From the human T2T-CHM13v2.0 reference genome, Homo sapiens, in the NCBI RefSeq assembly GCF_009914755.1, contig NC_060937.1: DNA of 64,000 nucleotides; one strand, written 5' to 3'. Below, piece by piece: positions 35,500-50,351 of this stretch (position 1 is its first letter; every line of letters begins with the position of its first letter). The notes under the pieces were generated by a model. It worked only from the letters and a program-made list of their open reading frames with translations, ran no database searches and had not been told where the DNA came from. The translations under genes were made by a program, and so were the position numbers.

Positions 35500-35960
35500 T
35501 TTCTGAAGTGATCTTGACCATCCATTTATGTACACACTTTTGTTCTATCTCTCTGCACTAAAACGTGAACTTAAAGAATTCAGGGACCTTGTCTTTCCTG
35601 ATCCCAGCAGTCTCTCAATTCCTAGAACACTTTCTGCTTCTGAGTAGATCCTCAAATATTTGCGAATGAATGAACAGAGCTCTGATTATGTAACAATGGC
35701 CAATACTTAACGGTTTACTTGAGCAAGGACTAAGGAGTAAGTGTTATGAAAGTCCAGGCACTGTGAAGGATTACAAAGAGATCCCAGAGAATGGACCAGT
35801 AGACGCTTTCAAGCAAATTCTTTCCTTGATCAGTTCAGTGACTTGACAAAATCACTGACACTCTCTTAGCCTCAGCGTCTTGATTTCTAAAGTGAGGCTA
35901 ATAAATAATTGTATTTCTTCCCTGTATAATCTTGAAAGATGGGTATGTGAAAATATTTGT
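35500..35960 (+). mobile_element. L2 3' end (~35500-35675) and MIR (~35820-35960) remnants
   Basis: gtagatcctcaaatatttgcgaatgaatgaa (L2 tail); gtgacttgacaaaatcactgacactctcttagcctcag (MIR core). Confidence 0.55.
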
Positions 35961-37536
35961 CAGCTAATACACTATAGCCATACAGTGCTATGATATTGGT
36001 ACCTGTGCTCCCTGAATTGGTTTCTCTCAGATTAATTATTTTCAGAACTTTAATAGATGTTAGTAAGTAGACTCTCTCTGCATGTATTAATAAATGTATA
36101 ATTATTCTCTAGAGGTTTATAAAAGGTAATGTACATATATGTAAAAATGTCAATTTAGAGTTAAAATTAATATTCACTTTTCTGTCCATAGATGGCAGCA
36201 ATGCACCAACTCTTACATAACTTAATAACATTGTGAAAAAGTTATCTGTATACTAAATACCATGTTCTCTTAATAGTACATGAAAATTATTTAAGGGGAA
36301 CCATAGCATCAATAGAATATGAACAAAAATATATTTTAAAAATCCTCTGCTGCCAGTCTCAGGCTTTTATTCAGTGAACTCAAGGGTTGCTTCAGTTTGC
36401 TCAGCATGGGAGTCTTTGTCATTTTAACTGGATGTCACAATAGATATTGATAAAAATAAACCTCTTTTTAGATAATAGCAATTCAAAACAATACCAAGAA
36501 AATGCCCCGTCTTTCAGTAGTGGCTATTAAAAATGGATTAATACATGCACGCAGCCCTCTTTTATTTGTTTAAAAACATTAAAATGACTAGAAAGCGCTT
36601 AAATAAAGAAACCTCTTGTACAGAAAGAATAAGGGAAAATAAAGAAAGGAGATTTCCAGATATAGACCTGAAGACAAAGCAAACCAAGAGAAATGGGCCC
36701 ATGGGAGACAAGAAAAGCTACAAGATGAGATTGAACTGGAGAGAAATATAATAAATCTAAACAATGCCTCAGAATGCCTATCGGAGTACAAAACGTATTT
36801 TGGTCCGTTATTGAATTTTGTGCCTAAAAAATTCCCTATCACATGTTGAATCAGATTGTTTTTGTTTTCCCTTCCTAAATTAAAAGTTCATTATAAATAC
36901 TTTGAAAAATTATACCTATGTTGAGAAGGCAAGTTGTGAAAGAAATATATTTCCATTTTAAATCAAGAGAAAGAAAGTGGTACAAAATTTCTGTGATGCA
37001 ACATTTAAAATCTGAAAATAATCTCTTGGTATTGAAAATATGTTAGCACTTAATTTAAATGATTTGGTACATACATTTAAAGAAAAAGACATTTAATATA
37101 TATATAAAGAGAAAGGGAGAGTGGAAAGGCACACCACACAACTGTCCAATATAACTAAAGATAAATGAAGCCCACTGGAGGGAAAGGACTGTTGCATTTC
37201 AGCATCTCACAAGGTTCAAAGCAAAATTCCAAAACAGCTTACAGATGTGGGATTTATTCATATCAAGGGTAGGTCTTTTAATACTGACTTATTTAGCTCT
37301 TTAACTCTAAAAAATTCCTAAATCCTGTAAATCCTCCAGGGCCTACTATCTAATTATATTGCATATCCCGCATTTCTACCCAATAAAAACTGCCTTATTA
37401 TTTAATGACTTGACTTTGGAGTCTTTGAAGACTAAATTCTAGTCTGCTGGAAATGAATTTTAAAATGTTTTCTTTTTGCCATAGTTTTAAATTTGGGCCT
37501 ATATTTTCCATCTCATCATTCCACAATTTGCCATAA

Positions 37537-37908
<372 letters not shown>

Positions 37909-39765
37909 CAATATTTTTTCTCTTATTGTGAAACTCATTTCTAGACCAAAAAAATATATTCACTTCATGTTATTAGCTCAACATGTATATATTTATATTA
38001 ACACATAGAAAATAAAATCAACAGTAAGTTCCAAGTTTTTTGCATTATCCTCCCAGAGGAAATAAAACTAACAGGATCAGAAAAATGTGCAGAGAAAGTG
38101 TATTTGAAACCAGATTTGGCATAAATTTCAAACTCTCTATTGGTCATATGCTTGGGTTTTAAATTTTTATAAGTTTGAGAGAGGAATCACTCTGATTCTC
38201 CTCATATATGCATTAAAACAAATGTGTATTCGAAATAGATTTATATATTTTTTCAAATCAATCTATAGATTAAGATGTATCAAAAATATCTCAATTACTA
38301 ATACATGAAAAGGTGATGATGGCAGTGAATATTTGTAGAAAGGATAAACTACTTTCTATTTTTGAAAACTAATCTTTTGAAAAGTAAAAGCTTTAAAAAT
38401 TTTATTATTTCTTTCTTGAATACAACAGTTACTCAGTTGAATTAAAACATAAGGTTCATATTGAACATTGTGTGAAATGTTAATTTTTAAAAATTATCTC
38501 CCAAAATGATGTCGAGGGAAAATAACCTATATTGGTTATATCTACATTGAAATATTACTTGGAGGGGTATAGTTACATAGGGAATTATTTTTAGAAAAGT
38601 GATTTTATTATGATCATTTACTGTTATTTTGAGTCCCCTTGTTATTTTGAGTGAAAAGATAAGCACAATCTTTATTAAAATAACCAACACAAAAATATTA
38701 GTGGAATTTTATAATTGTCCTTTGTCACTTTAAAAACAGTTGGAAAGGTTGAGACTCTACTGTTAAGGAAAAATACAAAACTGTTTCAAGTCAATTTGTA
38801 CAGCTGGTTTCAAAATCTCTGGCAAAATTAAAATCGCCAATTCAAATGACAAAATGTGTTTTCTGAATGAGTTGTTAATCACTAGAAAGTAAATAGTACA
38901 GCTATCTAAAGGAAATTATTTCTGAGACAGATATGTCAAGTAATTTAATCCCCAAATATGTGTGTTATTTTATCATCTTAGAGATGAAAAAATAATCTCT
39001 CTTGTTTAACGAATAGTAAGCGATACGGTAAAGAAGGTGCCATAATATGTATGACCAAATGTCCTTGTGCTAGAGTTAGAGTAGGGATCAGACTGCAAAT
39101 ACAATTATTACATACATGTTTAAATGTCTTCTCTCCATTAACAGAAATGATGAAGCTCCTAGAAAGCTAAATGATTAAAAATGTTGGCGGTGGGTGGAGG
39201 ACAGATTCTAATCTGAAATGCACAGTGTGTATGGCTGCATATCTCAAAAAGCTGTTACAGTGATAGAAAAACAGAAACTGTGAGTTGTACAGTGTTTTTC
39301 GAAAGCCAGGGTGGTTGAAATTAAAATGCCAGGAATCAGCCATATGATATGTGGTGCACCTTCTCAGGAGGAAAAATCGGAGGAGGTATTCTAGCATAAA
39401 AAAGTCATCATTACAGTATGAGGTATTAAAAATTGCCAATTAAAAGCATATAAAATTATAGTTCATATGGTTCTGTCTTTGAGAATTTAGTTGTAGACTA
39501 TGGTTCTTTCGCAAATATCTAACTGTTATCAATAGAAGGCAGGAATATTCTGACTCTGAAATTAAGGTCTATTTTTGCATTCTCATTTGTTGCTGTATGC
39601 ATAAATGTTACAATTTTGTTATGACGAAGATGCTGACATAAAATACCTATATAATAAAATCGTGATATTATATATGTTGAATACACACACACACACTATA
39701 GTGTGTATATATATATACACACATATATATAATATATTTTAACATTGTAGGGAATAATACTATAT

Positions 39766-40052
<287 letters not shown>

Positions 40053-40979
40053 GGAATAATACTATATTTCAAAGCCTTTCATTGCTCCTACCCATGTGTT
40101 AGCTTTTTATTATATTAAATTTACTGCTAATTAATAAGTGCTTATTGATAATTGAACTGAATATTTTGTCCTAAAAATGAAAGCCCTTCCTAGCCGTACT
40201 GCATAGTCAACAGATGTGTAACAGAGACCCTTCTTTTCTAATTCCATATCCCCTCCTATAATTATAAGACAATTAAAACTGTTACTGGGTTCATAACCAA
40301 AACACATCAACAGATCAGGAGTTTTATTGTCATAACCCCTTAGGATATAGATGGCACCTTTCCATGTTGCTAGTGCAACTACTCGATGTTTCAACACATT
40401 TGTTACACAAACTGTTTGAATTTGAGGTTCCAGTCTTCACTTATTTTTACTATTGTTATCTCTTATTCCATGGTTAAACATCTACATGACATTTTATTTA
40501 ATGGTTTTTCAGTGAAAAGTTATTTACTACAATGGATTCCTTGCCAAGTGGAGGTTATTCCTGATAATTGCTGAAGATTCCTTGTTACCACCACCATGAA
40601 TTTTAATGCTGTCTAATGAGTCAATTCTAGTGATGAAGGAAACCCCAGGGCAGAGTGAAGACTGTCACTTTTGGAATAGCAGAGGGCATAAATGATCCCT
40701 CTAAGCCCAAGGGTTGGAATAGAGAAGATGAGGTAGAAGGAGGTTTAACAATGGAGACTCTTGCATAAACTAAGTGGCAAATACCTTGACAGGTTACAAT
40801 TACAATATTTCTGCCAAGATGGAGTATGACATCAGAACTCTAGTTAGTTTGCATGATGAAAACATAAAAGTAGCCTCCGTGATATAGAAGATATACAAGA
40901 GAATTTTGTTTAGCTAAATCACAAAGCACGAATAAGATAAATGTTTTTTTTTCTTCTACTGACAGACATTTTGAAAAAC

Positions 40980-41190
40980 ATCATTTATTGGGCATTTACT
41001 GTGTGTTAGAGCCATTACATATAGTACTAATAATAACATTGTGAGGCAGAAATATGTATTTCCTTTTGAATGTTAAGAAACTAAGATTAAGAGAGATTCA
41101 ATAAATTGGCCTTCTAGGCATAGCTCAAAGGCACAATGCTCCAACTGGGAATTGGGCTTCTCTGACTACAGAGTTAACTATTTTCATGAT
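40980..41190 (-). mobile_element. MIR remnant
   Basis: catttattgggcatttactgtgtg...gtgaggcag...aagaaactaagattaagagagatt. Confidence 0.6.
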
Positions 41191-41245
41191 GCCACAACTT
41201 TATCTTGTTTTACAGCGTGTTTTTATAGAGGTATGACCCAACTAT

Positions 41246-41688
41246 GTGGAAACAAAGAGTCAAAAGACATAATACGGATCTAATGGGCTTTTATTTGCAA
41301 TTCATGAAATGGTTAAGCCTTCGTTCTGCAAAACAGAATTAGAGCTCCACTGAGCAGTAGCAGAGCAATGGGTTTTATAAGATGGGAACAAGGCAACAGA
41401 ACATCAGGAAAAGGCTCCTTGGTTAACATCAGGTTACTTCAAGCTACTTTTTCCTAAGGGTTCAAGCAAAGGGGTGTTCCTTATTACAATGACTCAGGTA
41501 AACTGGAATCTCCTGTTTTCAGGAAAAAACAAACTGGTCTGTGTGGAGATTTATTTGCTGCCTTCCAATTTCAGTTTCATTGTGTGGCATTTAGCATGAG
41601 TGACTCCATTTTGGTTTGGTCTGATCTGTTGGGACCCGGTGTAGGAACTCAGTCCAAAACAATGGGCTCCCATAATTTTTGTTTAACC
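41246..41688 (-). mobile_element. ERV1-class solo LTR (MER31-like)
   Basis: tagcatgagtgactccattttggtttggtctg...ctcagtccaaaacaatgggctcccataatttttgtttaac matches a recalled LTR 5' end in reverse. Confidence 0.7.
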
Positions 41689-42704
41689 ATTGACAGGAAA
41701 CGCAGCCACTGGCATTTGCCTGGAGCAGTAGTGTCAAGGCTGATTAACAGAGGAGAGAGAAGTTGAGTTGTGTCAGGAAGTAGAAGAGTTTTGTCAGGCA
41801 AAAAAAAGATGGTCAGAGAGTTCCATCATAGGGAATATAAAAGGCCCCGGCATGTGAGACACTCTTGAAAAATTCAGCATGAATGGATCACAGGGAATAA
41901 CAGAGGGCTGTTGACAGAGAGGAAGCTACAGAGATAGATTAGAACCAGAATTTTAAGAGCTTTATGTGGCAGTGGAGGGGAAGGGGCCAAATAATTAATA
42001 TTAAATAAAATCACTAAAATACAAACAAAAAATAGTCACCAGACATATAATAAAATATTTTGAGTGTGTCTGCTTTCGGGAATCACAAATAGTTAAATAT
42101 TTTTAATATACATGGAATCTTGGATTTAGGTACTTCAGTATTTCTCAGTTCATAACTGAGAATATTGAGAAATTCGTATAGATAGTGGATTCTCCCAATG
42201 TCTTAAAGTTACTCCTGAAAGGACTTGGACTAGAATGCAGATCTTATAACTTTATAATTTTTCATCATGCTATGAATTCTGCCTTCTTTTCTGAGATAGG
42301 CTAAAAATAAGTACTTGAATGCAATATAAACATGGTCTTTGAAGTATTATATCCATGATACAGACTAAAATAACTAAAGTCTGATCTTCCCACTGTCCCA
42401 GAATTATAATTTTTTCTTTGCCCCAAAGATGGAACTGTATTAAGTCCAGAGATATTTCCCTGTCTGCTCATCACCATTTTTTTTCTCTTCCAGGAAAACT
42501 TGAAGGGTCATATTTTAGAATAACTGCCTTTCTCCTAACAGGGAAGCCAAAAGGCAGTGAATGTCTGCCCTGTAATTCTCTCAAATAGGCTTCTGGATTT
42601 CTGGCTATGGTTTCTGTTTATATTTTAGTGTTTCTTCCATGAACTTTCGTGGGTCAATCACTAATATCTAGGGAATGCATAGGTTCATAGGTTAATTCGG
42701 GTAA

Positions 42705-42756
42705 AGTAGTGAATGTATTCTCTATATGGTAGTAGTGACTGTATTCTCTATATGGT
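42705..42756. repeat. 26-bp tandem duplication (1 mismatch)
   Basis: agtagtga(a/c)tgtattctctatatggt twice. Confidence 0.9.
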
Positions 42757-42889
42757 TTATAGGCCTGTACCTTCCAGCAGACAGTGAGATCATTGAGAGA
42801 AGAGATGGGCCTACATCTTGTTATTGTATTTCTAGCATAGTACAGAATAGATACTCATTAACAAAATCTGCTAACTAATGGGTACACAG

Positions 42890-43412
42890 TCATGAATAAG
42901 ACAAACACCACCAAAGAAAAATTACACTGGATGATGTTAGACTAGGAAGACTTTCTTCAAGACTACTGCAATAGGGTAGAGAGACTGAACTGTGTAAGCA
43001 AAAACTAGGGAGGTTTTTAAGTACTATGTTGAGCTAGTGGGAAAACACAGGAAGACAGCCTGAGGGGGGACGTTAGTTACTGTGATCAGGCCCTTTGTGC
43101 TGACTAATTGCTGACTATCAAAGTTTGGTTTCTACCCTCCCATAGAGACTGGGAGATAGGGAATCTATCATTGTTGATGATTACATTTCAAAGAGATGGC
43201 TCTTGAGTCCTAGAGAAAAATTCCTGGGTTGGAAAACTGGCAGGAGACTGGAAGAAGATTTACATCTTAAAGGAGTAGAGAAAAAAATTTACAATGGAAA
43301 GCTTTTTAAAGTAAGTGCTCCAAGGAAGTAGAAGCCATATAGGTCTGTATCAGGGAGAAATCTATTGGCTGTCAGTTAAGCTAAGAGGAATGTTAAGGCG
43401 CTGTTGGTCAAT
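42890..43412 (-). mobile_element. ERV1-class solo LTR (MER67-like, subfamily uncertain)
   Basis: aggaagactttcttcaagactactgcaataggg...gagactgaact; gatgattacatttcaaagagatggctc. Confidence 0.55.
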
Positions 43413-44005
43413 GTGATCTGTAGCCCTTTTGGCATTGAATCTTGATTGAACATTTTAAAATTTTATGTATTGAATAGTGAATATTAAATATAAGTGAGCA
43501 AATTACAAACATTAAATAAAATAGATGATTTTTATGAAAGAAAAATAGTAATGAGATAAGTTACATTGTGGATAAATCTGCAAATTTCAAAGTCGCCTAT
43601 TTGAGGATTCCTAAAAATAGATTGAGAAGAAAATCTAACTAAATATTCACTCCCACCATTTATTAAAGTGGGACGTGAGTTTAAAGGTTGTGTAACCCTA
43701 AAAGCTCATGATATCTGGAATGCAAGTTTGCCAAACCAATGTGTAGGATATGTAATGAATTAAATAAGTATTATAGGATTAAGATCAACTATACAAATCC
43801 ATGATGTTCAAGAAAAATAAAGTTTCTGTATTTTTCCATAATTAATCTTATACTTCACAGGCATGGGAGGGAGGAGGAAGATCAAATCTGATAAAGTTGA
43901 TAATCTACATTAGATTCAATACTTTACACTTCCCCTTTGACATTCAGGTTCTTGAGGTTCTTGAAAGACTCAGTCTTTCAAAGTCTCATCTTTTCTCTCT
44001 GTTTC

Positions 44006-44300
44006 CTTTTTTTTTTTTTTTTTTTGAGATGAAGTCGCCCATGCTGGAGTGCAGTTGTGCCATCGTGGCTCACTGCAACCTCCACCTCCCGGGTTCAAGC
44101 AATTCTCCTGCCTCAGCCTCCTGAGTAGCTAGGAATACCGGCGCATGCCAATACGCCCAGCTACTTTTTGTAATTTTAGTAGAGACGGGGTTTCACCATG
44201 TTGGCCAGGCTGGTCTCGAACACCTGACCACAAGTGATCCACCCACCTTGGCCTCCCAAAGTGCTAGGATTACAGGCGTGAGCCACCCACTGCACTCAGC
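44006..44300 (-). mobile_element. Alu (AluSx-like)
   Basis: Poly-T tail and a nearly complete body. TSD ctctgtttc on both sides. Confidence 0.95.
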
Positions 44301-44813
44301 TCCCTCTGTTTCTGTTCAACATAACATTTAGGTAATAAATTTAAAAGATAGATGGTAAGGATAAATGAGGCTTATGAGACTTAATGGAGGATGCTCTTTA
44401 AAACCACTAGTTGACCATATGTAGACAAATAGTCCATCAGGAAACATGGTTGTACCTACTTCCTTAGAGCAAGGCACTGATCATTTCACCTTAGTGCTGA
44501 ATTATCTGAATAAAGAGACATTTTACTCCAGTTCAAGACTTTGGTTAGCTTATTAACCCTTTTAGCACCTCCATGTTTACTCACAAGAAAGGAGAAAATC
44601 TAAGGTCCCATGGGCATCATTCACATGCTAATCTATCTCCATGGTTTCTACAACCACTCAATATCCTCCCATCAATGCCATGTTTTACTGAGATGAAGAT
44701 TACAACTACAATTTGAATATTATATCTATGAGAAGAAAACTTCTACGTTTCAAAATAATTGTAGATAAGCCTGGGATTATCTTTATTTGCTTCAGTTACA
44801 AATAGACATTTTA

Positions 44814-45200
<387 letters not shown>

Positions 45201-45418
45201 TTACACTTTAAAATATGGCTGATCTTATCTATTTTACATAAGAAAAAATGAAAAAAAATCCTTCCTGGTTTATGGTTGATTATTAGTTGAGTTTTTATCA
45301 TTTAAAAATTTACTAGAAATGAAATAGCTAACATATTAAGCACACACTATATACTTACAGGTACTACAGATTTATGCAGGTATTATGGAGGCATGCATAC
45401 AAGTACTATGGTAAGCAG

Positions 45419-46078
45419 TGTAGGGAAGTTTAAACTTTCCTTCTGAAGTTTCAGTAATTGAGTCTGCTGAAATAAACTGTCAATAGACAGATTAACGGTA
45501 AAAACAAACAAACAAACAAAATAAACAAACAAAAAACCTTTTAATAACATGCATGTGCAGAGGAGCCTCACAGAATATGTCACTCAAAGGAGGGGCCAGA
45601 TTGTTGATTATATAGCATAAAGGACTAGAAGCTTGAGAATTTGTGGGGAGGTGGTGATACGTTACAGGAGGAAAACAGGACAAACTACATGATAAGCAAA
45701 GGTTGTTGTATTATGCAGATAAATTTCCTCAGCTAATAAAATTGTGTTGGGATAGCCTCCTGAAGAATAGGCAAAGGTTTATCTGAAAATAATGATGACT
45801 TTTAATGTCTCCTCTGGTGATTAATCTTCACTGTTTTTGGATGAGCTTCCTAGTAATGGAGCTCAAGGCAATTGCATTCCTTTTGGAAGAACTTTCCTCA
45901 GTCAGAAAAGAGAACGCCAGTGAGAGTCCTTCCCTGAGTTTGGAAGAAGAAAAATAAAAGAGGTTTAGAGAAATCTTGATTCTGAAGGAGCTTCTGAGGC
46001 CTTTCAATTGCCTTTAATTGAAAATACTCAGCGTGCCAATGCACCATACTTTGGGGTATCATTTTCTGAGCTTCAACA
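45419..46078 (-). mobile_element. ERV1 MER4-group solo LTR
   Basis: tg...ca ends; ctgaaataaactgtcaatagacagattaac; caccatactttggggtatcattttctgagcttcaaca. Confidence 0.7.
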
Positions 46079-46084
46079 GCAATG

Positions 46085-46250
46085 TACAAGGATTATATCA
46101 TATAATTCTTACAACAATCTCGGAAGTAGCTTTGATTTACTCCTGTTTCACAGATGAAGAAATAGAAACTCTAGCAAAGTATGTTGCCTAGGTCTCAGAG
46201 ATTATAAATGGCATTAATGAAATTCAATTCTGTATATTCTGATATTTCAA
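46085..46250 (-). mobile_element. MIR remnant
   Basis: ttcttacaacaatctc...tttcacagatgaagaaatagaaactc...ttgcctaggtctcag. Confidence 0.6.
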
Positions 46251-47734
46251 CATGTCAATATAAATTTATTTTTAATTTGTTTTTATTCTATTGTTTTTTA
46301 TTTTTAAAATATGGTTAATATAAAATTATAATATTAAACTAGTATTAAATAAATAGACATAATTACATATATTTTAACTTAAAGAGATTGAATTTGAAAA
46401 ATAATCTAAAATGATTAGTATCTGGCACACAAAATTTTACTTTTATGCTTATATAAAGAAGTACCTACATATAATTCTTAACTTTTTCATGTATTTTTCT
46501 AAAAAAACAACTGGTTTCATGAAAATAATGGCATTGCTAGATTTAAAGTAAATGAAATACAATGTTCACGGTCCTCCAATTAGTGAAATATGGTATTACG
46601 ACTGAAAAAGAGCTAAATAATTCAATAACTATCTCAAAGTTGTAAACACATAATAATCCAAGAGGCTTCTTGCAGTAACACAAGCTGAAGATATTACTCA
46701 TAATATTTTCACATTATAGAAAGTTTATGTACTTTTTATAAACTAATGTGACAAGTCATTTTATTACTTGAAATATAATATATTTTAAGGCCAACGAAAG
46801 CTATAGTTGTCTGCATATATTGGAGATTTATCAGGATAATTTAAGAAAGGCATATATGTTGGCCTAAGTAACTTAATTTGTTGCTTAATCTATCTCAACA
46901 ATGGATAATATCCTGTGATTTTTTTAACTTGGTACAAGGAAACCTGACATAAGAAAGTTCTGGTATCCCTAAAGCATGAATTAAAAAACAATTGAGAAGG
47001 TGAAATTGTGGCCAAGAAATAATAATAGAATCAATCCAATTATAATTATAATGATGCATATACTATTGCATGGGTTTAGTGTACATAATTCATAAATCTA
47101 AGGACCTAATCTTATGGTGTCTTAGCAGGCTGACATTTTTCCTTCATTTTGAAAATCCCTCAGAACATGAAAACTTCACTTAAAGGCTAGACTACAGGAA
47201 AAAAAAGTGATACACCCTGAGCTGAAAAGATAATACCACGTCTTTATAAAATCATACCAGTCCTTTGCACACCTGCTAAATTAAATGTTTTATTGTTTGA
47301 AAGGACATTTCGTTCAGCTATTGAAAATTGGGGTGACTATGTCTTTGGATATTTAGAAAATACTCTTCAATATTCAACAGTATAATAACCATAACAGTTT
47401 ATTGCCATCATTTAATTAAGAGTAACAGCTTTTTCAAACTCTAGAATCCAATCCAAACATAAGTGCATGGGATTTGATAACCAGAGAATTGTCTTTGAAA
47501 GGAAGGATGACATGATAGCTAATGCATGCACATGGAAACTAATTAGATTTTTTAGCTAATGAATCCCCATTTAAATAAATGTGATGTGATAAATAACGGA
47601 TCCCCATGGAAATGAATAGAATTGGATGACTAACACACCCCACTGAAATGAATGTGATTCGATAGTTATCGCATCCTCATAAATGTGTTAGATTGAATCC
47701 CATTCATTTTAATTGCAATAAATTAAAATAGCTT

Positions 47735-47762
47735 TTGTTCATGGCCTTTTGGCTAAGATCAA
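47735..47762 (+). pseudogene. U2 snRNA 5' fragment (3'-truncated pseudogene)
   Basis: GGCCTTTTGGCTAAGATCAA (47743-47762) is an exact 20-nt match to U2 nt 11-30. The upstream ttgttcat is a degenerate match to U2 gcttctc. Confidence 0.7.
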
Positions 47763-49636
47763 ATTCTTTGTCCTCTATTTGGGGACTATATTCCACCAAG
47801 GCAGACAGCCTAGACTTACTGATCTAATAGGTCCCTTCCTTCTGTAACGACATGATCTATAAACTACACATGCCATTCATTCTAGTAGAAATGAATCATT
47901 ACTAAAACATTTCAATGGAATGTTTGCTGTAGATCAGATTTCATTAATTTCAATAAGCAATTATTAGCTGTTATAAATAGAACCATCCAAATATTGTATT
48001 TAAATACTATTAGTATCAATTAAAAAGTCAACAGTGTATTTCATATCCAAAATCAAATTTGTATTGTCTTTTGCTATGTGTTGCTTATAAGCAAATAATT
48101 ATTTTCTTAATAAAAATGAAATAGTAAGGGAAATATTTTGTTAATAAATGTATAATTTGCATATGGACTTGTGAAAACAAAATATTAAAAGTAGAACTTT
48201 GAAAAGGAGGTACATAATTGTCAAAAATAATAACTCATTCTGAATGAATGTCTTTTGGAGCATTTATTACATTTACTTAGTTATATTTATTCATCTTTCC
48301 ATTCAATTGTGTGTTTGTTTGGGAGCCAAAGACTGATTTATCTGTATCTTCCAAAATAATACAGCATAAAGATATAGAAAAGCCTTGATTAAAATCTATT
48401 TTTGCCACTACTTTCAAGTATTTCAATTTTATGAGAAGACAAAAGAGACAGAAAACCAGCGTAGCTAACTTAAGTGGGTAAAATACATTATTAATATTTA
48501 AATTATGGGATTAAAATTTAATAATTAAAATTAGTTTAGCTAACCCAAATACACAGACATACAGAGAAATTATGAGAAGCTTCAACAAAATTGTCTTGGC
48601 AGAATCCTGAATTAAGAGGTATAGTTTCCAAATGGATTCCTTGGATAAACAGCATCCTGAAACCTTGGAAAATCCAACCCTTCTTTGAATCTCGCATTTC
48701 TTCCTTTTTCTCAGTAATCTGCTGATAGAATTTCAAATTATTTCACATAGTTTCAAATGTGACTTCAATAATACTTCTGGTATTATTAACACACACACAT
48801 AAATATTAATTAATAAAAAGGATGTTATGCATAAGAAATATTTAATACAGCACAATTTTATTGTTATATGCATATTTTACTGTACCTTAATCAGGAAAAT
48901 GAGCAAGAAAGCAATAGCTCTTATCAGAAACAAAATTTCAAATGTGTTAAAGTAAGTTCGAGATTATAAATATTGTTAATATACTCACTGTCCTTAGTTT
49001 GTCACTACTTTTAAAGATAAATCTCAAAAGAGTAGTTTTTCATTTGATTTTAGAGTAGGTAACTTTAATTATATTTTCCAATGCATTACGATTTACCCAA
49101 AAAAGAGCAGATTTTTTCATATTCTTGTGATTAAAAACATATTTGACAACTACTAATTTCCAGTAAATACTATCTAAAGTCTCAAACATGACATTCAAGG
49201 ATCTTCAATTTTTCATTAGCCACAGAAAAAAACACACCACATATTTAGAGAAAAGAAAGAGAAAAGAAAATTGACATGGAAATTCCTTTACAGATACAGG
49301 AAAGAAATATACTGGACAGTATTATTAATAACATAATTTTCTCTCTACAGTGGGAAGAAACTTTGCAAACTAAAAAAATTCAAAAATAATATGAGTGTTG
49401 TCATATGTTACATTTAGATAAGTCAGGGCTGTTCTTAACTGGAACCTCTTAGAAGGAAGACTATGTGTCTAATTTTGTATACAACAGATTGTATAACTTT
49501 GATGCTTTGATGATAATGATAATGAAACATGGCTTAAAAAGAAAACAGATGGAAAGCTTTAAAGATTTTTTTTAAATGTTGATATAATAATCGGAATTAT
49601 TTTGAAAGAAAACCAGAAACAAATACATTCTGTTAG

Positions 49637-49985
<349 letters not shown>

Positions 49986-50184
49986 GTAATTTTGCAATTT
50001 TTATGCCATCTGGTTAATTCCTTATCATACTAAATTTGTAGGTAGCTATACAGCTGTGGGATGAAATTCTTTATATTGAGAGATTTATTTTTTATCTCTG
50101 TTCCATGATGGCTGACACAGAACCATGTTCTCTATGGCTTGTGATTTTACTCTAATGAGTTATGTGAAAAGTATTTAGACCAAA

Positions 50185-50185
50185 T

Positions 50186-50216
<31 letters not shown>

Positions 50217-50351
50217 GGTATGTGTATGTCTGTATATACATACACACATATGTGTGTGTATATGTATATAATTGTTATATATATATATACTTATATGTGT
50301 ATGGGTATACATACGTACACAGACACACACACACAAACACACTCACACACG
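50185..50351. repeat. Compound (CA)n/(TG)n/(TA)n microsatellite region
   Basis: (AC)14 followed by mixed purine-pyrimidine dinucleotide repeats. Confidence 0.9.

Noticed and set aside
47561-47710. 36-bp periodicity or other repeats as a CRISPR-like array
   Set aside because: Primate DNA, degenerate units, no repeat-spacer structure and no cas genes.
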